From the NCBI GenBank assembly GCA_964291315.2, contig OZ219752.1:96001-160000 (forward strand): 64,000 bases of DNA, in the 5' to 3' direction. A program made the position numbers and the translations under genes. Below the pieces are notes generated by a model. It did no database searches. It worked only from the letters and a program-made list of their open reading frames with translations, and had not been told where the DNA came from. This stretch comes from Candidatus Poribacteria bacterium. Lineage in GTDB: Bacteria > Poribacteria > WGA-4E > WGA-3G. Below are positions 18,605 through 27,025 of this stretch, one piece after another; the stretch's first letter is position 1, and each line of letters starts with the position of its first letter.

Positions 18605-20848
18605 TTAAAATTCTGCTGTAATCCCTAAATAAGGAATGATCGGTAACTGATTGATGTCAGTCCTTCTTTCACGGCAATCTTGTGGCGTTAAACAATCATC
18701 GGGATAATTGAAATCGAGCAAGTTGGCACGGTTATAGGTGTTCAGGAGTTCGAGGAACGTTCCGAGTTTCCAACTGCCGAATTCGAAAGTTTTACTGATC
18801 CGTAGATCCAATCTATGATAGGGCGGGAGACGGTCTGAATTGGTTTCTGCGTAAATCGGGATAAAGAGACGTAGTCCGTTCCTCGGGTCAGGCTGAGAGG
18901 TTGCTCCCTCGCGAGGCGTATAGGGGTTCCCGGTTCGATACTGCCACTTTGCACCGAATTCTAGGGTTGGCGTGAGGTTGTAACTCCCCGCGAGTGTGGC
19001 AACATGCGTCTGATCAAATGAATAGAGGCGATAAGGTTCCCCCGGGCGGTCGCGACGTTGAGAGATAGCATACGCGTAGGAAACCCAACCAAAAAATCTT
19101 TCACCACTGCGATGCCGTAGAAAAACCTCAGCCCCTTGCGCATAACCGGTGCCTTGATTGAGATAAGCAGCCTCCTCGTCAACAGTCGCTAGATCTCTTA
19201 AGTCTTTGTAATAACCAGCGATTTTGATCTCTGTATCTTGCGAAAGCTGCCGTTTCAGTTCGAGGACATAGTGACTTGCCCTGCTCGACTTCAAATCTGG
19301 GTTTCCTAAGCTCGACGATAGTAACGGTGGTATCGGTGTCTGGTTGTAAATTCCGTAAGCAAATTGAAGCTCGGAGGCGTTAGGAAGTTCCACCAGTACG
19401 CTCCCGCGCGGCTGGACAGAAAGTTGATCGATACGGTTGAAATAATCGAAACGGAGGCCAAACACAACCGATAAGAACGGCAACACTGTATATCTATCCT
19501 GCAGGTAACCTTCAATGCGCTGGCCGAGCACAGATTCGTCTAAAGATACCTTCTCCTCAAATCGGACATCAAAATCGACCTCACCCTCATCGGGTATCCG
19601 GGGAAAAGCGCCAGTTACTCGTCCGGGCTCGAGTCCAAGAATTAATCCTGATTCCAAGCGGTGCATTGCGTTTAGTTCGTATGTAAGATCTCCGCGAAGG
19701 GTATAAACGGGAGCATCAATTTTCAAAGCAAGGGTTGAGCCAACATCGACATCAAACAAGAAATCCGAACGAGTTAAGGATAAAAACGAGGTGAGCCGAT
19801 CTGTGAAACTCGACCGGAGATGGATGCCCGCCCCTTCGAAACCGCTCTCAAAACTGGTATTCCCTCTAAAATCTACGTCTACGTCTTCACCGTCCAGCTT
19901 CAGTGCAAACCGGTCCCCTGAGGCGAAGAGATTAAAGAAGAGTTGATGCCTTTTGTTCAGATCGTATCCGGCCTTGAGTTGGTAATCCCAGAAACGTGGA
20001 AAAGCAGTAATCGCGCCCGCATCAAAAGACAATGATCCAATGAAGAGATCGAGGTAGCTCCTGCGGCCCGCGGCGTACCAGAACCCATTTTTACCGATCT
20101 TACCTTGCAGGAGCCCCTCTGAATAGAGAAGGTTGAGATTAAATTTTCCGCGCAAATCCGCGGGACTATCGCGCTGTGAATAGATGTCAATCACTGCTTG
20201 GGAATCCACCCCATATTCAGCGCCATAGCCCCCGGCGTAGACATCAATTCGATCAATGATTTCGGAACTTAAAGACGAGACGATCCCACCAAAATGGTAA
20301 GGGTAACCGACGGGGACTCTGTCGAAATAGTACAGATTATCCTCATCAGAACCACCGCGGATATAAAGAGCCCCGCTAAAATCGTTTGCAACACCGATCC
20401 CGGGAATAGCTGGAAGGGCGCGGAGTGCATCGCCCCCCGTGCCAGGCAGGCGTGTAATTTCTTGTGCTTGGATGCTCTTCTTGCTGACAGTCTTAGGGGC
20501 ACGCTCCCCGGTTACCTCAACCTCTTCAAGACGGTAATCCGGTGCTCCGAGGTAAATATCCGGCTTCACGGTTTTCCCCGCAACGATCATAACTATGGTC
20601 TGTTGGGTTAATTCAGTCTCAGACTGGATCGTAACCAAGGTGCAGACACCTTCGGGGACAGCATTGAAAACGAACTTTCCATTCTCATCTGTTGTTTGAC
20701 GTTCATCGGTTTGAACAATTCTGACCTCCGCGCCTGCTAACGCTTCTTGTGTGCTGCTATCGTAAACAACCCCTTCAATTGTTCCTGTCTGGGAAAAGAC
20801 AACCCCCGGAACAACAAGGAACATTAGCAGGCACAGAAATATTTTCAT
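18605..20848 (-). CDS. TonB-dependent receptor with N-terminal carboxypeptidase-regulatory-like domain
   Basis: GTIEGVVYD..TDENGKF, IRGGSDEDNLYYFD, YHRLDLR, C-terminal GITAEF; paralog of the downstream gene. Confidence 0.92.
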   Translation of the reverse strand: MKIFLCLLMFLVVPGVVFSQTGTIEGVVYDSSTQEALAGAEVRIVQTDERQTTDENGKFVFNAVPEGVCTLVTIQSETELTQQTIVMIVAGKTVKPDIYLGAPDYRLEEVEVTGERAPKTVSKKSIQAQEITRLPGTGGDALRALPAIPGIGVANDFSGALYIRGGSDEDNLYYFDRVPVGYPYHFGGIVSSLSSEIIDRIDVYAGGYGAEYGVDSQAVIDIYSQRDSPADLRGKFNLNLLYSEGLLQGKIGKNGFWYAAGRRSYLDLFIGSLSFDAGAITAFPRFWDYQLKAGYDLNKRHQLFFNLFASGDRFALKLDGEDVDVDFRGNTSFESGFEGAGIHLRSSFTDRLTSFLSLTRSDFLFDVDVGSTLALKIDAPVYTLRGDLTYELNAMHRLESGLILGLEPGRVTGAFPRIPDEGEVDFDVRFEEKVSLDESVLGQRIEGYLQDRYTVLPFLSVVFGLRFDYFNRIDQLSVQPRGSVLVELPNASELQFAYGIYNQTPIPPLLSSSLGNPDLKSSRASHYVLELKRQLSQDTEIKIAGYYKDLRDLATVDEEAAYLNQGTGYAQGAEVFLRHRSGERFFGWVSYAYAISQRRDRPGEPYRLYSFDQTHVATLAGSYNLTPTLEFGAKWQYRTGNPYTPREGATSQPDPRNGLRLFIPIYAETNSDRLPPYHRLDLRISKTFEFGSWKLGTFLELLNTYNRANLLDFNYPDDCLTPQDCRERRTDINQLPIIPYLGITAEF

Positions 20849-20951
20849 GACGTTATGTAACCTTTCTTCTGGATATTATAGAAAATAGTGTCTGACGTAC
20901 ACAAACGTTAGCAGCCAGCAAAATGTTTACGCGAAACTAGCGGCTGCTTTT

Positions 20952-21554
20952 CTATGATCGGGTTGGATGAGGGCGAGTAGCCAGCATCGGATGATTTTCT
21001 GAATACCCAAAGAACAACTTATCCATAAACCCATGTTCCTTGTCCAGAGCCATAAGTTCAGACAAGGACAGAAACACAAGTTCAGACCTGCGAGGGTCAG
21101 AGTTCCTGCGTCGGTTGTTCTCATATTTCTTTAGGTGCCCGTGCCTTTCATAATGTCGTAGCATTTCGATATTGATAATAATATAATCAGTAATCCGTCC
21201 ATTCGCATCCACCCAGCCATAGCAGAAGTAATCGGGGGTTGCCACATTTAAGGATGCTTGAAATATCTTCTGCCACTCAACAGGGACCCCGCTTGGACGG
21301 GCATAACGAATGGTGAATTCCCTCTTATATTTGGTGAGTGCAGGTTCTCTATAGCTTGTCTCATCCCGCAGACGAAGGGCAAAATACTTATTCCGCCCTG
21401 TCTTTTCATCTATTCCCCAAGCATCTATGGCGTTATCTTTATCCATCTGCTCAGTTGCGAGTTCCAAGTCTTTGAAACCGCGTTCTTGCAGGATGGGAAA
21501 CCATAGACGCTCTTTCCCTCTTCCGAAATTCGCCAAACTCTGTGATAGTGCCAT
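20952..21554 (-). CDS. hypothetical protein, possible divergent PD-(D/E)XK-like fold
   Basis: 200-aa soluble ORF; D....ID, ALRLR, EFTIR, EWQKI, DYFCYGW pattern; own promoter-like TTGGCA-N18-TATACT at 21627-21656. Confidence 0.65.
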   Translation of the reverse strand: MALSQSLANFGRGKERLWFPILQERGFKDLELATEQMDKDNAIDAWGIDEKTGRNKYFALRLRDETSYREPALTKYKREFTIRYARPSGVPVEWQKIFQASLNVATPDYFCYGWVDANGRITDYIIINIEMLRHYERHGHLKKYENNRRRNSDPRRSELVFLSLSELMALDKEHGFMDKLFFGYSENHPMLATRPHPTRS

Positions 21555-21837
21555 TACGATACCCTTAAGTTGTGTTTGTCATCTATTTGGTATTTTGAAA
21601 AATTGTGTGACGTTATGCAATAAATAGTATACATTCTTCTTTTCTAGAATTGCCAAAAGCATTAATAGGACTTACCCAAAATGAACCGAGCACCTCTCTT
21701 TGAACCAGACAGAAGCTTACGCGAAGGGGATTGGTGCTTATCCATCTTTTACTGCGAAAGACCTAATTTTTGGCTGTGGTAGGTTGCTTTGTCAGCTGTA
21801 TGCGGACAGGTTTAGCTCCGGTCTGTCGTTTTGTATT

Positions 21838-22689
21838 CTAACGCGCGACCGCGTCAGCACCGATGTTTTCCTGAATCCACGTGCGGAGCGGCACATCCTT
21901 TTCACCCGGAGACGTGTAACCGTGCCCCCCAGTGCTTTTGCCCAAAAGTTGCTGACGAATTGGATCAGAACGTTCCATCCAGTGGGCTACTGTCATATCG
22001 TCGCGAGGCTGTAACCAGCGGTAGCTATAACCGTAGAATAGTACCTTACGAACGATGTCGGAGGTGTTTCGTCCAGCGGCGTGCCAAAGCCTGCGGTCAA
22101 AAAAGACAGCGGTTCCAGGTTTAGCAAAAACAGGACTTGCATTCTCGGGATCCGCGGTTCTGTCTTCAGGCATCTGGAGGGTATTCCATTTATGGCTGCC
22201 CGGTACCACAGAGAAATTTCCACGTCCGGGAATAGAGGTATCGGTGAGAAAAAAAGCGACCTTCAACGATATGCGCGGACGCGGGTTTCCTTCAAGCTCA
22301 ATGTTCAGTCTGCCACTATCTTGGTGCCAACCGAGACGTTGCACTGTGTCACGTTCCTTGGGCGGAAGCGGAGGCAACACAATCAGGTGTGAATGATAGA
22401 GCTTAATGTTCCATCCCAAAATTCCCCAAACCTTCGGGAAGGTTGTGTGCCAATCGAGCAATTCGATAAAAGCTTCACCTCTGCCCACGAAATCAAGGAG
22501 ATTGAAACGCGCATCGGCTGGGAGGCCCTCTTTACCTAGATGTTCCGCTCCGACCCGATCAACAGCAGCAATCAATCTATCAACCATCTCTTGTGGAATG
22601 GCATTCTCAACTGAAAAGAAACCGTTCTCTTCAAATTGCTGGCTTTCTGATTCAGTCAAACAGTGTTTTAAACATAGCGGGTTCATCAT
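21838..22689 (-). CDS. phytanoyl-CoA dioxygenase (PhyH) family protein
   Basis: FEENGF, WHQD, VVPGSHK, LWH facial-triad residues. Confidence 0.92.
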   Translation of the reverse strand: MMNPLCLKHCLTESESQQFEENGFFSVENAIPQEMVDRLIAAVDRVGAEHLGKEGLPADARFNLLDFVGRGEAFIELLDWHTTFPKVWGILGWNIKLYHSHLIVLPPLPPKERDTVQRLGWHQDSGRLNIELEGNPRPRISLKVAFFLTDTSIPGRGNFSVVPGSHKWNTLQMPEDRTADPENASPVFAKPGTAVFFDRRLWHAAGRNTSDIVRKVLFYGYSYRWLQPRDDMTVAHWMERSDPIRQQLLGKSTGGHGYTSPGEKDVPLRTWIQENIGADAVAR

Positions 22690-22699
22690 TTTCTCCTTA

Positions 22700-22720
22700 G
22701 TAGAAGCGACTTAAGTCGCT
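22700..22720 (+). repeat. REP-like element (GTAG plus palindrome)
   Basis: GTAG-A-AGCGACTTAAGTCGCT, perfect 16-bp palindrome. Confidence 0.55.
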
Positions 22721-22780
22721 ATGCGTTAATTTGCGAAAAATTTATACGGAATCCAAATTTACGTCAATACCCAAAAATTT

Positions 22781-23860
22781 TTAGTCACAGATCAAGAAAT
22801 TATCAGAGGCCACCTGATTTTCACGCCTCACGGCGCACCATGTTCTCCAAAAATTGATACCAGCACTACAGAGAAAACCGACACCGATAATACTAGCCGT
22901 TACACCCCCTAATACCAACTCAGGTTTCACTGTAAGGCTGTAGACAGCTCCACCTATCAGGACAGTGCCAATGAGTATATCTTTGAAACTGTTCCTCTTT
23001 GTCCGTTTCTGGAGCAACCGCAGATTCGCGAGTTTCTGCCGCTTTACGTAATCAACAAGCGACTCCATAGGTACATGCACTGAATCAACGTGGCCCGGTG
23101 GTGCTTCACGAACGCAGCGAAATCCGATGTTGCCGGCGGCATAGTCTGGCGGAGCGTGTAGACGATTCGCACACCGAAAATAGCGTTTAGCCGTCCCGTC
23201 GCAGGCTTCCAACCACGATCCGCCTCGTATCGTTTTGTGTCTATCCTCTACGCCGCGCCTATTTTTTTCACGCTTTGTGTCGGTATACAATTGATACCAA
23301 TCGGCTGTCCATTCCCAGACATTTCCAACGGCCTCGCCGACCCCGTAAGGACTGACGACGGAAGAACGAACGCCTACAGACGTGAGATGTGATGTCAAAA
23401 TCTGTGAACTTTCTGGCAAGCTTTCTGTAGAGTCAGATTCCTCAGAAGCAAAAATATTGCCCCACGGATACATCCGGCCATCAGGCCCGCGACAGGCTTT
23501 TTCCCATTCCGCCTCTGTCGGCAATCGCTTACCTGCCCATTGCGCATATTTCTGACTATCGTGCCAACTTACATGGACAACCGGAAGGTTGGCATCCTCC
23601 GGCGAAAAGCCCCCATTTTCCCAATGCGATGGCGACGGATGCCCTGTCTCTTGCACAAAAACAGCATATTCAGCATTTGTTACCGGATATCGTCCAATCA
23701 GATATGCCTTAAGAAAGCGGACGTGCATCGGGGCCTCATCAAGTTTTGCATGCACCGAATTCGCTAAGGCGGTACCGTAAAAAGGCTCTATATCGGTACC
23801 CATGATAAACGCCCCGGATGGAACAAGCACCATCTCTGTAGATTTTTGCTCGTGAGTCAT
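22781..23860 (-). CDS. formylglycine-generating enzyme (SUMF1/FGE-sulfatase) domain protein with two C-terminal TM helices
   Basis: VTNAEY, PVVHVSW, RLPTEAEWEKACRG, GNVWEW, RGGSW, GFRC. Confidence 0.92.
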   Translation of the reverse strand: MTHEQKSTEMVLVPSGAFIMGTDIEPFYGTALANSVHAKLDEAPMHVRFLKAYLIGRYPVTNAEYAVFVQETGHPSPSHWENGGFSPEDANLPVVHVSWHDSQKYAQWAGKRLPTEAEWEKACRGPDGRMYPWGNIFASEESDSTESLPESSQILTSHLTSVGVRSSVVSPYGVGEAVGNVWEWTADWYQLYTDTKREKNRRGVEDRHKTIRGGSWLEACDGTAKRYFRCANRLHAPPDYAAGNIGFRCVREAPPGHVDSVHVPMESLVDYVKRQKLANLRLLQKRTKRNSFKDILIGTVLIGGAVYSLTVKPELVLGGVTASIIGVGFLCSAGINFWRTWCAVRRENQVASDNFLICD

Positions 23861-23905
23861 TGCGCTGCTCTATATTAAATTTTTGGGAGCTGGTGCGGTA
23901 CACGC

Positions 23906-23983
23906 TCTTTTGAATAGCAAGTTTTCAGCTTGCAAGCTACGCTGTCTTTTGAATAGCAAGTTTTCAGCTTGCAAGCTACGCTG
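23906..23983. repeat. exact 39-bp tandem duplication containing REP-like hairpins
   Basis: TCTTTTGAATAGCAAGTTTTCAGCTTGCAAGCTACGCTG at 23906-23944 and 23945-23983; includes the lipoate-ligase stop codon. Confidence 0.92.
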
Positions 23984-24788
23984 AAAAATTCCACCCCACT
24001 GTGGCATACTTGGTTTTGGCCAAGGTTTCTGCTTGTGCGCGTTCTACTGATGACAATTCACCTGAATGAAACGCAACGCCGATGCTGAATGTTTCAGATA
24101 TTGCCCCAATGAGCGAGCTTTTAGATACAAAACGTCCACTTGTGTTGATAGCGGTCGATCTCTCAAGCAGTCTCTTCTGAATTTCCGGGTCTTTTGAAAC
24201 ATGAGTAAGGGTGAACGCAGGCGGCATATCTAACGAAATATAACCTTGAAACAGGATCCCATGCCGATTACGCCTGACAGAAACCCCCGCTAACTTTCTA
24301 CCATCACACATAACGTCGTAGTCAGCTGGATTTGTCAGACAAATATTAGCCCCTCTCTTGTAAGTAGGATTTGCAACTGCATCAGCAGTCTTAGAACCCA
24401 CAGCATGGCACTCCACTGGAACGTCGAGGGTTTTAAACGCTTTAACAAGACTCAACCCAATGCACCGATACGCTTCAGAGACACTTTTTTCACCGGCATA
24501 GCGCGGAAGGACAAGCGTATAGGTTAAATCCCATCCGTGCACGACAGTTCCTCCGCCTGTCATCCGTTTCACCAATTCGATGCCGCTGGCCCGGCACGCC
24601 TCTACATCAATCTCTGAAGCAATATCTTGGAAATATCCGAAACTGAACGCCGCGGATGACCATGTATAAAATCGCAACGTCGGATTTGGCTCGTCCTTTT
24701 GTGAAAGCAGAACCGCCTCATCTACTGCCATATTCATCGCTGCACGGTTTGCCGGCATATTCAATAGTCGTCCAATGGGCTGGATCAT
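23976..24788 (-). CDS. lipoate-protein ligase A / octanoyltransferase family
   Basis: NMAVDEA, PTLRFYTW, KRMTGGGTVVH, GRKLAG; ATGA-coupled start at 24788. Confidence 0.9.
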   Translation of the reverse strand: MIQPIGRLLNMPANRAAMNMAVDEAVLLSQKDEPNPTLRFYTWSSAAFSFGYFQDIASEIDVEACRASGIELVKRMTGGGTVVHGWDLTYTLVLPRYAGEKSVSEAYRCIGLSLVKAFKTLDVPVECHAVGSKTADAVANPTYKRGANICLTNPADYDVMCDGRKLAGVSVRRNRHGILFQGYISLDMPPAFTLTHVSKDPEIQKRLLERSTAINTSGRFVSKSSLIGAISETFSIGVAFHSGELSSVERAQAETLAKTKYATVGWNFSA

Positions 24789-25417
24789 AATAACGCTACG
24801 CGGCACACCGCTGTAGTGTGGGCATCGCAGTACCAGAAATACCCATTCCAATAGGTCATCCCGTGCGGCTCAGGATGCGGCTCCGGGATCTCAATTTTGT
24901 TCAGATGACTGCCGTCCACTGGATTGAGATGGAAAATTGCGCGATGGTTCGTCTCGACACACCAGAGGTCATCGCCAACCCACGCAATACCGTGGGGACG
25001 ATCCCCTGGAGCCGGGAACGCATGAATCACCTTGAACCCCTCTTCAACAGCCACTTGATAGATAGTGGCAGACGGCGGCACCGCCATCCAGAGCGTATCG
25101 CCCTGCCATTCTAAACCGTGCGCCCCTGTCTGTCCAGCACCGGGCGTGTCGTAAGAGGCAAGCGTTTCACCCGTCTGCGGATCGATCGAAAGGATCTCAC
25201 AACTATAGGTAGACGCAAGCCAGAGCGCATCGCCTGTATCTGTGATACCGCTGCCTCTGTCGGAGCCAGTGACGAGCGCTTTTTTTATATCACCGTCGTA
25301 GGAGACGAGATGTACCTCATTGGTCTGCTGATCGAGAATCCAGAGCCCTTCTTCTGTCGCTTGCATTCCATTAGGTTGCGGCCCCGGAGAATCAAAAACT
25401 TTCTCAATTGTCGGCAT
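24785..25417 (-). CDS. beta-propeller repeat protein (NHL/Vgb/glutamine cyclotransferase-like)
   Basis: Five ~40-aa repeats of PGxxPxG(L/M/I)xW...LW; no signal peptide. Confidence 0.78.
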   Translation of the reverse strand: MPTIEKVFDSPGPQPNGMQATEEGLWILDQQTNEVHLVSYDGDIKKALVTGSDRGSGITDTGDALWLASTYSCEILSIDPQTGETLASYDTPGAGQTGAHGLEWQGDTLWMAVPPSATIYQVAVEEGFKVIHAFPAPGDRPHGIAWVGDDLWCVETNHRAIFHLNPVDGSHLNKIEIPEPHPEPHGMTYWNGYFWYCDAHTTAVCRVALL

Positions 25418-25563
25418 AAGAGACCTCCGTTAAAAGTCGACTAACGTTTTCGCTTTAGATAACCAGAATAAAATCAAGGAAACCTCGTCGAATAAATAAA
25501 GCTCATGATGTGGAGACTCTAACATAAAATATTTCCCGTGTCAACGCAAAATGCATATTTGAT

Positions 25564-25592
25564 TTGCCTTAACTGTAAATTCATGCTATACT
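25564..25592 (+). promoter_or_regulatory. sigma70-type promoter for the LamG gene
   Basis: TTGCCT-N17-TATACT with extended -10 TG. Confidence 0.5.
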
Positions 25593-25778
25593 TATAATAA
25601 CAGCAAATAAGTCGTACGGGATCTGTCTTCATAGGGCATTCTTGTTGGCTCAGCCAGCATCGAGGAGTTTATGGCATGGATCTGGCAAGAATCCTTTTGT
25701 TCTGCTGCGGAGATATGACAATTGTTTCAGAAAATTACAATTCACTTAAAACTACCCTGAAGGAGAAAATTTATTAAA

Positions 25779-26543
25779 ATGTATAGAATATTACCCACGC
25801 TTTGTGTACTTGCAGGGTTGTTGTTTATGCCTTTCGGTGCCACAGCGTTAAACCTTAAAGATAAGGAGTTACTACTCTATTTTTCCTTAAACGAAGGCAA
25901 AGGTGATGCAATAGAGGATATGTCGCCTACCGGAAACAAAGGCGAACTCGTAGGAGACGCGGATTGGGTTGATGGTAAATTCGGGAAAGCATTAGAGTTC
26001 ACCGAAGCAGGAGAAGTAAAAGTACCATATATCGAACTCAACGAAAAAAGCTTTACTGTGACGATGTGGGTCAAGCCGGCGCTAAGTGGAGGAGATCAAC
26101 AGTGCGTTTTCTCACAGACACAGGTCAACGCCCAAAATACGAGCTTGCATTATCGTATCTACAACAATGGCACCGTTCGCATGGGCTTCTATTCCAACGA
26201 TCTTGATGCCCCTTCTGCCGTTAAAGCAGACAAGTGGGCACATATCTGTTTCTGGTTGGATGTAAAAGGTAAATCACGACAGATTTATATCGATGGGGAA
26301 TCAGTCGCTGAAGATGCCGGCAAAGCTGGAATTGAATACCTCGGAGCGTCAGGAGATACAATGGTCGGCTCATGGGGCGCGACTGGTCAGAAGTTCAACG
26401 GTATCATCGACGAGGTCATGGTCTGGGATCGAGCGTTGTCGGAAGATGATATTAAGCGGAGCATGGAAGACCTGGCCACTGCACCTGTCGATCCTGCTGA
26501 TAAGCTTGCAACTACTTGGGCAACTGTTAAAGCACAACATTAG
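25779..26543 (+). CDS. secreted LamG/concanavalin A-like jelly-roll protein with C-terminal KLxxxW tail
   Basis: Signal peptide; YFSLNEGKG, WVDGKFGKALEF, FTVTMWVK, FNGIIDEVMVWDRALS; ends VDPADKLATTWATVKAQH. Confidence 0.9.
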   Translation: MYRILPTLCVLAGLLFMPFGATALNLKDKELLLYFSLNEGKGDAIEDMSPTGNKGELVGDADWVDGKFGKALEFTEAGEVKVPYIELNEKSFTVTMWVKPALSGGDQQCVFSQTQVNAQNTSLHYRIYNNGTVRMGFYSNDLDAPSAVKADKWAHICFWLDVKGKSRQIYIDGESVAEDAGKAGIEYLGASGDTMVGSWGATGQKFNGIIDEVMVWDRALSEDDIKRSMEDLATAPVDPADKLATTWATVKAQH

Positions 26544-26619
26544 TGCTCTGTTACATCTCGTGGAGCATCAACTCCTCCACCCGTTGCCAGAATCATTGGG
26601 AATTACTTTACTCTGCATC

Positions 26620-26643
26620 GGCGAGGTGGCAAACCTCGCCTAC
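26620..26643 (-). repeat. REP-like element
   Basis: Minus strand GTAGGCGAGGT-TTGCC-ACCTCGCC: GTAG plus 8-bp stem. Confidence 0.65.
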
Positions 26644-26857
26644 CAACTTTGAGAAGGGAACCCGAAATACCTGGGTTTGCCCCAAACCGATACCGAAATA
26701 GGACACCTGAGGACTTGTTCAGAAAACCTCTAAAGAATTTAAAAACCTCACGTCTATAGCCAGCCTGATTCACCGCTAGCGTCTCTATTGTGTATCAGGC
26801 GAACGGCCTGTCGATTGTCTAAACCTAGTCATACGCTGCATACTCCCTAAAGGACTT

Positions 26858-26881
26858 GTAGCAGAGACTGTCAGTCTGTGC
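26858..26881 (+). repeat. REP-like element
   Basis: GTAGCAGAGACT-GTC-AGTCTGTGC: GTAG plus imperfect stem. Confidence 0.55.
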
Positions 26882-27025
26882 ATCCTCAACGCGCCCAACA
26901 CAACCTGTTCGGTTCTTCAAGAGTTCTCTTCATTCAAAGAGGAACCCCATACGTATTAAGATTGCGCTATTAATTGAAAAAGAAACGCTAAATTACAGCA
27001 ACCCTCTATTTTTTAAGGATACCCA

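Noticed and set aside
21665-21837. TAGGACTTAC-starting segment as a possible MITE end
   Set aside because: No matching inverted end or target-site duplication found
10587-23983. Short direct repeats (27-bp and 39-bp period) as possible CRISPR arrays
   Set aside because: Only two units each, no unique spacers, and no cas genes
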